Source of the DNA: Octopus vulgaris
Lineage: Eukaryota
Length of the DNA stretch: 64,000 nucleotides
Direction: 5' to 3'
Assembly (NCBI GenBank): GCA_951406725.2
Contig: OX597816.1
Location: forward strand, 67,642,001-67,706,000
Made by a program: the position numbers and the translations under genes. The notes beneath the pieces are model-generated. The model saw nothing but the letters and a program-made list of their open reading frames with translations, did not search any database and was not told where the DNA came from. Positions 54,480-64,000 of the stretch are shown here, one piece after another. The first letter of the stretch is position 1. Every line of letters begins with the position of its first letter.

Positions 54480-56005
54480 GTATGTTCTTTAACGCTTTGA
54501 CTATGAAATTATATTCCTGTAACAATTTTAAATATCTACCAAAAATGTAGAACTTGTATTGTCTGCAACTCACGTTGTCTCAGTAAACTTGATAAATCTC
54601 AAGAGAAAATAGCTTCAAACATGACATTATTTAACAAATGATAGACTGGTATATAAAACTGCTTTCCGCAGTTAAGGGTAATGAAATTTTGAACCGATAC
54701 ATCTGATTTCCGCTCAATAAATCTGATAGTCCTACTTTGGAAGCTACAATGCTTCCAAAGAAGGACTGTCAGACTTATTGCAAACCATGGGGTACACCCT
54801 CGAGCACTCACCCACATTGCTGGTGTGGCGCACAGTTAATGTTCGCATATTGTTGTTGTGTATCGGTTGATTCCCAAACAAAAAGAACAGGAAATGCACG
54901 ATCTGTTAATTCAGTCCCTCTCTTACGAACATATAGGACGCTAGTTTATCCCGAGTTTCTTTCTGAAATCATCTGGTAACTATAAGCAACTTCGAGTCAT
55001 TGAAGAGATGCAAAACGGAATAAACTGTTTCGCTCGCAAACACGACGAAACACCAGCAGCATATTTGAACTCAAAACCTTGATAGATATATTATTTTAAT
55101 GAACTCACTGTAAATGTTGGACGAGTCCATATTTATTTTGTGACTTACTTGTTAAAGGTCGTCGTCAGTGAAAAAGAAATAAAAATTTGTTCATTGATGG
55201 ATTTGTTACTGGTGGAGGTGGTGTTGATGTCTAACCTTTTAAAATAAGTTTTATGTTGAATTAGTCGCAACCAAATCGTTTTTTAAAAAAAATGCTTAAT
55301 ACTTTACGTCTGATTAATGCGGCGAGCTGGCATTTCGTCTGTCTTTATGTTCAGACGTAAAGACAGACGAAATGCCGCTAAGTATCTGAGTTCAAACTTT
55401 GCTGAGGTCGACTTTGCATTTCATCCTTTCGAAGTCGATAAAATAAGTACCAGTTGAACACTGGGGTCGATGTAAACGACTTGCCCTTCCCTAAAAAAAA
55501 TTGCTGGACTTGTGCCAATATTTTAGGTCTTATGTGTTTGGAACTGTTCCAACAGATTTTGACATTTCTAAAATATAGACTCATTGCTTCAGTTATGATA
55601 ATTTTGGAGACTAACTTGATACATTATTGCAAACTAATACAATATGTTTAACACTTTGATTGTGAAATTATATTCCTGTAACAATTTTAAATATCTACCA
55701 AAAACGTAGAATTTGCATCTTCTGCAAGTCACGTTGTCTCAGTAAACTTGATAAATCTCAAGTGTGCGTTTGTGTGTGTGTGTGTAGGGGGTTGTTAATC
55801 GATAACATCGACCCAAGTGCTTAACTGGTACTTTATCGATTCCCAAAAGGATGAAGGCAAAGTCGACTTCCCACTTGTCTCCATATATTTCTGGCGTTAG
55901 AAGCTCTATTTTCCTTTGATACGCGTTGAAGAAACCAGCACAGGCTCTGCATATAATCTGACGCAGCTGAACTTGAATACCCAGTCTTGGGTCTTTGGGT
56001 GTTAT

Positions 56006-56609
56006 GGATCTTTACCTTTTGACCGACAGATTTTAAAAATAATTTTTTGTAACTAAACAATTTCACACTTCGGACACTAGTAGAATGTGTCATATAAAAC
56101 ATGTTTTACACTTAGTATTTTTGAGAAAAACTTATATTTACGAAGTTATTTCACGTTAAAGTTTTCGTATTTCGGTAAATTCAACCAATCAATGACATGT
56201 ATTCAGCTGAATAAAATTACTGCCGTTGTTTGTCAACAACAACTATCAGCGGTGTATGTTTTATTTGTCACTGTTATTTATGACATCGTTCGTGCATTTG
56301 CACTGTTTTAAGGTTTTAGGGTTAGGGTTGTCATAAATAACAGTGACAAATGAAATATACACCGCCGGAAGTTCTTGTTGACAAACAACGGCAGTAATTT
56401 TATTCAGCTGAATACACGTCATTGATTGGTTGAAATTACCGAAATACGACAACTTTAACGTGAAATAACTTCGTAAATATAAGTTTTTCGCAAAAATGCT
56501 AAGAGTAAAAAATATTTTATATGACACATTCTACCAGTGTCCGAAGTTTGAAACTGTTTAGTCACGAAAAATTATTTTTAAAAATCTGTCGGTCAAACGG
56601 TAAAGATCC
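56006..56609. mobile_element. Related long-TIR MITE (GGATCTTT...AAAGATCC)
   Basis: Near-perfect ~280-bp arms (ORFs 56087+ and 56261- are nearly identical); same termini as the 5594 element; centre contains ttttagggttagggtt. No TSD recognisable. Confidence 0.8.
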
Positions 56610-57015
56610 ATAATGCTAATTGTTTCTAACATACGCTCATACTTGACTGATACTTTATTTGGTCGACCGCGATAAGGATGAAAGGCAAAGTCAACCTCAA
56701 CAAAATTTGAACTTAGAATATGAGGCAGGAAAAAGTGCTACTTAGCATTTTGTTCGGCTGGATAACGATTCTACCAACTCATCGCCTTAATAATAACAAT
56801 AATGGTTTCAAATTTTGCCACAAGGGCAGCAATTTTAGGAGAGGAGACGAGTCGATTCCATTGATCCCAGTGTTCAACTGGTACTTATTTTATCGACCTC
56901 GAAAGAATGAACGGCAAAGTCGACCGCGGCGGAATTTGAACTCAGAACGAAAAGACAGACGAAATGCCGCAAAGCATTTTGTCTGGAGAGGTAACGGCTC
57001 TGCCAGCTCACCACC

Positions 57016-57053
<38 letters not shown>

Positions 57054-57951
57054 CCTTTCTATTAAAGGCACAAGGCCTGAAGTTTTGGGGGAAGAGAGTA
57101 GTAAAAGGGTAAAAGGCAAATTCGGCCTCGGCAGAATTTGAACTCAGAACGTATGATGGACAAAATGCCGCTAAGCATTTCGCCCGGCGTGCTAATGATT
57201 CTGCCAGCTCACCGCTTTAAGAATTGTAGCGTGGCACAAGTAGCCAGCACCATTTTGTACGAGATCTCGCTGGCAGCCATTATCATATCCGAGACAAGAG
57301 CAAGATCTCGCGTACAACCGTTTACCATGAACGACACGACAACGAGGCTCTCCTCGACAACGACTTTGTCAGTAGGATTTGGACAAAAAATAAATGTGCC
57401 GTAAAACGCTCGACTTATGTAAATGTAGAAATTTTAGATATTTCATATTTTAATATGGGGTACATATACTACAACATGGTCTTGTTAACACTGGGTTTTA
57501 AATTACAGAGAAAAATCTGCGATTTATTTTATTTCTTCTGAAAACGTATCACATAGGCAACACTTGACTTGAATTATTCGCGCCAGTACGTTCTCTATAC
57601 ACGAAACTCTTCATGCAGACCAGTGTCAACCGGGAATAGGAGCACTTCTGTAAATTAGTTCCTACTCGTAATCTTCCTTATTCTTTTACAGACGTAAATA
57701 ATGCATGAAGCCGGTGTATTAATTCTCTACGGACAAATACGAGACTCGTTAAATATATTCAAACATTGGAGAGTAAATTTAAAGATATATTTCCACAACT
57801 ATAAATTCTTTTTACGGAGATGTACTTGCATAGCGAGTGACTTGATCTGAGATCGTGTGCTGGAACGAAAACAATTGCAGCGTGGAAGGTGTTTATAAAC
57901 CTTTTAAGAAACACACAAAACCGTTAGATTCACTTCAACATTTAAATTTAA

Positions 57952-58002
57952 TTTGTCAAAATATTTTCGTCGCTTTGAGACCGCGACCTGTTCACTGACA
58001 AA
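57952..58002 (-). ncRNA. Hammerhead-like motif with G3-C8 core, inverted copy
   Basis: Reverse complement reads TTTGTCA-GTGAACA-G-GTCGC-ggtctcaaa-GCGAC-GAAA-ATATTT-TGACAAA; differs from the + copy only in loop 2. Confidence 0.7.
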
Positions 58003-58024
58003 TCTTCGAGATGCAGCACGAAGT

Positions 58025-58075
58025 TTTGTCAGTGAACAGGTCGCTGTCTCAAAGCGACGAAAATATTTTGACAAA
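58025..58075 (+). ncRNA. Hammerhead-like motif with compensatory G3-C8 core
   Basis: TTTGTCA-GTGAACA-G-GTCGC-tgtctcaaa-GCGAC-GAAA-ATATTT-TGACAAA. Perfect 7-bp stem I, 5-bp stem II, palindromic AAAATATTTT at stem III, UUU triplet. Confidence 0.7.
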
Positions 58076-58214
58076 TTAAATTTAAATGTTGAAGTGAATC
58101 TAACGGCTTTTGTGTGTTTCTTAAATGGCTTATAAACACCTTCCACGCTGCAATTATAAATTCTTTAGATTCTTTAAAATGTTTCAGTGTCAAAGCTGCG
58201 GTCATGCTGGGGCA

Positions 58215-58520
58215 CCACCGTTAACTGAGCTACACCATTATTCGAAACCTCTTCTGACATGTGGCATTTGGTCAATGAGAGGGTTTGATGCTGCTGCCCT
58301 TACCTGTGTTTCCTGTCGGGAGGTAGGCTCGTCTGAAACCCTTGACAAGAAGAGATCTAATTTTGTTTTAAAGACACTTGCATCCATACCATGCAGATCT
58401 CTCGGGCATTTTGGAAGGATGTTGATGTGTTGTGGGCTCTTGAAGCCCAAGCTGTTGCAGTATCTGGACCTGTATTTTGATGGCGATTATATCACTAGTG
58501 ATTTTGCTGTTAGATTTTCA
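58215..58520 (-). mobile_element. LINE (CR1/L2-clade-like) ORF2 3' end fragment
   Basis: Minus-strand peptide ...NILPKCPRDLHGMDASVFKTKLDLFLSRVSDEPT...AAASNPLIDQ resembles the C-terminus of CR1-type RT ORFs. Confidence 0.65.
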
Positions 58521-59056
58521 TGCAACGGTTGTTGCGTCATTCAGTATTCATTCACTAAAAATCTGTACCTCTTAGTAATTCTTTCTGATATTCTTTGCTA
58601 ATGAGGTTCAGTACAAGTGAAACATGTTCAGAGTTGTCATTCCACCGACAAATATCAAACTCATCTCTCAACTACGGATTTATTAATTTGCATTCATTTA
58701 AATTCCATAACTGCCTCCTTTGTCTTTCTTGACCAGAATTACTTATTAAGCTAAATACTATTCTCCTCATTACAAGTATACTTTCTCTAGGTTAAAATTA
58801 CTCACTGCGTTAATAATTGGCTCACTATATCAAGAAGATTAATTCCGACTTTACTACTTATTTTTCATGCAAGGGGTGTCTATGTGTATCCTATCCCCAG
58901 TTATTCTCATAGATATTTATATATTTCTTATTGGCAGGGTCAGCCAGTTCTCTTTGCTATTTACTTGCCCGTATGCCAATGCCAATGCAATCCAACCAGA
59001 AAATTGGGGAATACGATTTCTGCAGACCTAGCATTCCAATTCAAGATCTGTATTTG

Positions 59057-59427
59057 TTTATTACCTCTGTTTTCGCTAAGGCGGAGGTATTGTTTCCAGT
59101 CGCGTTTTGTTTGTTTGTTTTCCGTGGACAAGATATCTCAAGAACTGCTGAATAAATTCGGATGAAACTTTCAGGGATATTTGGCCTTGTGTCTGGCACG
59201 AACTGATAAGATTTTGAGAACGATCGGGTGCCGGACAAGGATTCTGGATAATTTTCCACTTTTTTTTTTTGGCTAATTTTTGAGGGCGGTCGGGTTCATT
59301 TTTAGTATTCTCGTTTGTTAGAGCAGTCGAGTTTATTTTAGATATTCTCATTTTAAAAATTATCTCCGCTAATCGTTGTGAGGACGTTAGTGTTACCTTG
59401 GTGGGGGTTTGTGCTCTCTGAGTGCCA
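59057..59427 (+). mobile_element. Helentron/DINE-like non-autonomous element
   Basis: Starts ttattacctc...ctaaggcggaggtattgttt, has an internal (gttt)n and gatgaaacttt motif, ends ccttggtgggggtttgtgctctctgagtgc; this is the usual architecture of these elements. Confidence 0.6.
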
Positions 59428-60712
59428 TCATCATCATCGTCATCGTTAGCTGCGAGAAAGCACGTGTTGACAAATGTATTCTACTCGTTGATGTTGTCAG
59501 ATGTGCTAAAAATAGCAGCCAAACACGCATTAAAAAGCTTTTGTTTTATTTTTGGATAATCGTATGAATTCCCATTAGTAGGATACAAATTCGCAAAAAT
59601 TTTCTGAGCGTAAAGCAGAATTTCATTTGTATACAGTTGACAACACACATTCTCACGCAGAAAATGACAACTTCCAAATCCTGTTTGCTGAGTTCAAATC
59701 CCCTTCCACAACATCCACCCATCATCACCCCTCTAAAAACTGCCAATGTTTCACATTTAGCTTTTTTTAAAAGCGAGGAAGTTTTCTCAGAAATAATGTC
59801 ATTTAGCTGTTGTTTCTAGCATGTTGGGTTTTCTTGTGGTATTCTGATATTTTTGACGTTTGCTGTCTCAGTAGAATTCTACGCATACGTGAAACATCAG
59901 ACGAAAGTGAAACATGTTCTGAAAATACACAAACACGGACATGCAAACACATGAATATGCAGGGTACATACATACAGATGCACACACATACATACATATA
60001 TACATATGCATACAAACACATATATACATACATACATATTACAGATGCATACATACATACACACATACATACGTACATGCATGCATAGGTAGGCACACAC
60101 ACACACACTGACCCACACACATGCGCACAAACAAACAAAAAGGAACGCAGTGTAAATAACGGACAGAGTTAAGACTATTGAAAAGGTTGCTAGATGCAAC
60201 GAAAATTTTAAGAAAATAAAAATAAGAAATAAGTGGAAATTTTACCGGTGAGTGTGTTACATTATAAGGCACAAAAAGAAAATGACTCTCCCCAGACACA
60301 ACAGAATCCGAAGACATTTTTGAAAAAAAGCGGAAATGGGTGGTAGGAAAAATGTGCCAATAACTGTGCCAAAAAGCATCTTTTTTGGTAATTTTCTTTT
60401 GACAAATAGGGTTTTGTGAGTCACACATGCACTCATAACACTCATTGTACATTGCTGCATATTTTGACACCAAAAACATTAAAATTGGCAACGTAGATTA
60501 GAATCAAGCCCAAATATTGCCTGAAAATGACCTCAAAATTGTGCGACCCGACCTCATTTTCGAGATTTTTTTGCAGTAAAAGAGTTGTGCAAAAGACATA
60601 TTTCATTTGACAGCCGAAAGATTACTAATTTTTTGATACCTCATACGTCAAAATCAGCAACTCAGTTTTCGAATCCATAAGGAAAGTACTCACCACACAC
60701 AGACACAAACTC

Positions 60713-60755
<43 letters not shown>

Positions 60756-60763
60756 CAGACATA

Positions 60764-61575
60764 CAAATAAGTAACAAGGATGTCCAGGTATCAATGCATT
60801 ACGGCCGTTTCAAGCTGCTCCATTTAATCGATCAATGAAAACATTACATCGATTTGAAAAAAACCGCTCTCCTCAGAAGCAGATGGCTACATAGATTTCC
60901 AACATAAAGGATAAACCATTTTTAGCATTTATAGAAAATTTATATCAGTACTAGAAACCAAAGTAATTAAATGAACTCAGAGAACAGTGCATATTTATTT
61001 AAGCCTGCTATAATTTAGAGAGTACCAGAGGAAAATAGTGGAAGTCAAGATATAGGAGTGGCGAGATATTTATTTTTATCTATACAATTTTATGCAGTAT
61101 ATAGTTTACAACCTTTTAGAATTAAAATCCATTGTGAGTTGTCAGCTATGTTTCAGTTGATGGTGATAAATGAATTAATGTCAGACAACCTCCCAGACCC
61201 TTATTTTAGTGGGACCATATACTTAGCTTTACATAAAAGGATATGTCTCAGAGCTGCTAGTGAGAAAATGACTGATGGGGAAGAGGTGATAAATAGAAGA
61301 AGGAAGTATGGGGGTGGTTAGTCCTTATTTAAATTATCAAATAAAAGGGGAATATAGTGAAAAACAAAAGAAGTAAAAAAAAAGGTCTAAGGGTGGGAAT
61401 TTAAAATGAGGGATACGGGATGTAGTAATTCATAATTTAGCAAATTTAGCTTGAAACGGCCGTAATGCATTGATACCTGAACATTCTTGTTACTTATTTG
61501 CATTTTGTTCGAGCTGCACGGACTATACCGAACTGGCCTGGTGCCTCAATTTAAGAACCTAATTCAAATGAATTA
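60764..61575. mobile_element. PLE-like remnant with 53-bp inverted repeat (60764-60816 / 61448-61500)
   Basis: caaataagtaacaaggatgtccaggtatcaatgcattacggccgtttcaagct is inverted at 61448-61500; it contains the hammerhead 3' half GAAACGGCCGTA; (TA)-type repeats lie near both ends. Confidence 0.6.
60795..60881 (-). ncRNA. Hammerhead-like motif with long stem-II insertion
   Basis: Minus strand: TGCTT-CTGAGGA-GAGC-[~50 nt containing an AATCGAT/ATCGATT hairpin]-GCTT-GAAAC-ggcc-GTA-ATGCA; palindromic ACGGCCGT at stem III; one stem I mismatch. Confidence 0.6.
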
Positions 61576-61599
61576 TATATGCATATGTATATGCATGTG

Positions 61600-61769
61600 C
61601 AGGAATGGCTGTGTGGTAAGTAGCTTGCTTACCAACCACATGGCTCCGGGTTCAGTCCCACTGCATGGAACCTTGGGCAAGTATCTTCTTTAACTTCGAG
61701 CCGACCAAAGTCTTGTGAGTAGACAGAAACTGAAAGAAGCCTGTGTGTGTATATATGTATGTATGTATG

Positions 61770-61839
<70 letters not shown>

Positions 61840-62158
61840 ATCCAAATATGAAAACACAAAGAGAAAGCACAACAATGTGAGGACGTGGAACAAATATAGT
61901 GTTATTGGACGCTAAAGGAAAGGAAAGAAAGAAGGAGGATTTAACGTTTGTGTGTCTGTGTTTGTCCCCCCAACATCGCTTGACAACCGATGTTGGTGTG
62001 TTTACGTCCTTGTAACTTAGCGATTCGGCCTAAGAGACCGATAGAATAAGTACTAGGCTTACAAATAAGTCCTGGGGTCGATTTGCTCGACTAAAGGCGG
62101 TGCTCCAGCATGGCCGCAGTCAAACGACTGAAACAAATAAAAGAATAAAAGAATAAAA

Positions 62159-62160
<2 letters not shown>
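61600..62160 (+). mobile_element. SINE family A copy with nested PLE-like fragment
   Basis: Head 61600-61745, insert 61836-61949, tail 61950-62160. Confidence 0.85.
61836..61949 (-). mobile_element. 3' fragment of the 2268-hammerhead element family nested in a SINE spacer
   Basis: The reverse complement resembles 2292-2410 (aaacgttaaa...gcgtc..ataa...ttgttccacgtcct...ttggattaac); it is truncated within the GAAACGTT motif. Confidence 0.6.
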
Positions 62161-62195
<35 letters not shown>

Positions 62196-62697
62196 TATAA
62201 AAGAGGATATACATAAATGTGTATAAATATATGAATTTATATATGATTGGGTAGTGTAAGTGTATGTAAATATATATATATATATATATATCCATATACT
62301 CTCACGCTCTATCAAAATAAATAACTTTTATATATAAAGTATGCACCAGTTGAAATGGTGACTACTTTATAAACCCAGCATGCTGGATTATAAACATATT
62401 CGCATATATTTATTTATATAGTTTTGGAACTTATTGCACTATTGGCGTGCAGTATTTGATTACTAGTTAAGGCCATATAATGATGACGATGAGGATGATA
62501 CTAATGATGGCGGTGGGTTGTGTACTGGTTAAGAGTGGTTAACGAAAATGCGAAACGTGAGCATTTGTAGGTGTTGAAGTAAATCTTGACTGTAATCGGT
62601 TGCTTTTTTGTTTCCTTTGACTTTCAAGCAGATGAAACTCTCTTCGACTACATACACACACACACACAGAGTTGTGGCGTAATATATGGATTCAAAA

Positions 62698-63092
62698 TGG
62701 CGGCGAACCGGCAGAAACATTAGCACACCGGGCGAAATGCTTAGCAGTATTTCGCCCGTCGCTACGTTCTGAGTTCAAATTTCGCCGAGGTCGACTTAGC
62801 CTTTCATCCTTTTGGGGTCGATTAAATAAGTACCAGTTATGCACTGGGGTCTATATAATCTACTTAATCCGTTTGTCTGTCCTTGTTTGTCTTCTCTGTG
62901 TTTAGCCCCTTGTGGGCAGTAAAGAAATAGGTATTTCGTCTGCCGTTACGTTCTGTGTTCAATTTCGCCGAGGTCGACTTTACCTTTCATCCTTTCGGGA
63001 TCGATAAATTAAGTACCAGTTGCATACTGGCGTCGATGTAATCGACTGGCCCCCTCCCACCAAATTTCAGGCCTTGTATCTATAGTAGAAAG
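62698..63092 (+). mobile_element. SINE family B, dimeric copy with (ATT)n tail
   Basis: Two cores followed by a simple-repeat tail. Confidence 0.85.
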
Positions 63093-63118
63093 AATTATTA
63101 TTATTTTTATTATTATCA

Positions 63119-63154
<36 letters not shown>

Positions 63155-63612
63155 GTAGTAGTAGTAGTAGTAGTAGTAGCAGTAGCAGCAGTAGCAGTAG
63201 CAGCAGCAGCAGCAGCAGCAGCAAGTGGAGGCGCAATGGCCTAATGGTTAGGGCAGCGGACTCGCGGTCGGAGGATCGCGGCTTCGATTCCCAGACCCGG
63301 CGTTGTGTGTGTTTATTGAGCGTAAACACCTAAAGCTCCACGATATTCCGGCAGGGGGTGGTGGCGACCTCTGTTGTACTCTTTCGCCCCAACTTTCTCT
63401 CACACTCTCTTCCTGTTTCTTGTCCCCGACTTCCGACGCAACTGCTGAGCCTGGATGCGCATTCATCCATCCGTCGATGCTCTCGGTGTCGGGGGTTGAC
63501 CTGCTTTCTCTTCTGCGGGTCTTACGAATAGCAAAAGGACCACGTTTCGAACTTCTCTCTCTACGGACGAAGACCGCTTAGCTCAACAAACAAACAAAGT
63601 CGCAGCAGTAAC

Positions 63613-63671
<59 letters not shown>

Positions 63672-63700
63672 CGGCAGCAGCAGCAGCAGCAGCAGCAGTG
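63093..63700. repeat. Trinucleotide tracts (ATT)n-(AGT)n-(AGC)n split by a SINE C insertion
   Basis: (ATT)(AGT)(AGC) at 63093-63224 and (AGT)(AGC) at 63602-63700 flank the SINE. Confidence 0.9.
63227..63590 (+). mobile_element. SINE family C (tRNA-derived head)
   Basis: ggaggcgcaatggcctaatggttagggcagcggactcgcggtc...ttcgattccc with A/B-box-like motifs; a near-identical minus-strand copy is at 44660-45025. Confidence 0.85.
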
Positions 63701-64000
63701 TTGGCGGTGGTGGTGGAAGGAATACAGGGGTGAGTAACATTTAAGAATGGCACTGACCGCAACATAAGAACTCATCTCCCCTGACTCTTCCCAGACACAG
63801 CAGAATATGCTTCAACACACGAACTCATATAAAGAATCTTGCAAACCAAATCCAAAAACGAAATATAATAAGATTTGTTAATCTTATACAAGAATATTGT
63901 TGACAGTGACGTCGAAGTTTTGGCCAGCTAAACCATCGTTAGACATATGTGTGTGTGTGAGTGTGTATATGTGTGTGAGCAAGTGTGTTTGTGTGTATGT

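Larger units (their letters stand above)
57812..58154. mobile_element. PLE-like inverted-repeat insertion with 12-bp target-site duplication
   Basis: Arms about 57873-58002 and 58025-58155; TATAAATTCTTT is directly repeated at 57800-57811 and 58155-58166; a single-arm relative sits at about 28957-29160. Confidence 0.75.

Overview
AT-rich, repeat-saturated eukaryotic genomic DNA. The SINE families and microsatellite load look like Octopus (coleoid cephalopod); this is inferred from repeat recognition only. Almost all ORFs in the supplied track are microsatellite or SINE artefacts. The only convincing protein-coding sequence is a pair of + strand exons (49619-49781, 50302-50495) that splice into one complete phase 1-1 CUB domain, with possible flanking micro-exons. 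The rest is tRNA-derived SINEs (at least 4 families), LINE scraps, several MITE types (Merlin-like with 8-bp TSD, Harbinger-like, hAT-like, Helentron/DINE-like) and simple repeats. The most interesting signal is a dispersed set of about 10 minimal type-I hammerhead-ribozyme motifs from several sequence-unrelated non-coding element families. Most lie next to (TA)n tracts, and some sit in long inverted-repeat insertions typical of Penelope-like retroelement pseudo-LTRs. Several carry unusual core variants: a G3-C8 swap, C4, U6 and long stem-II insertions. All folds were read by eye and none is experimentally verified. Repeat boundaries are approximate.
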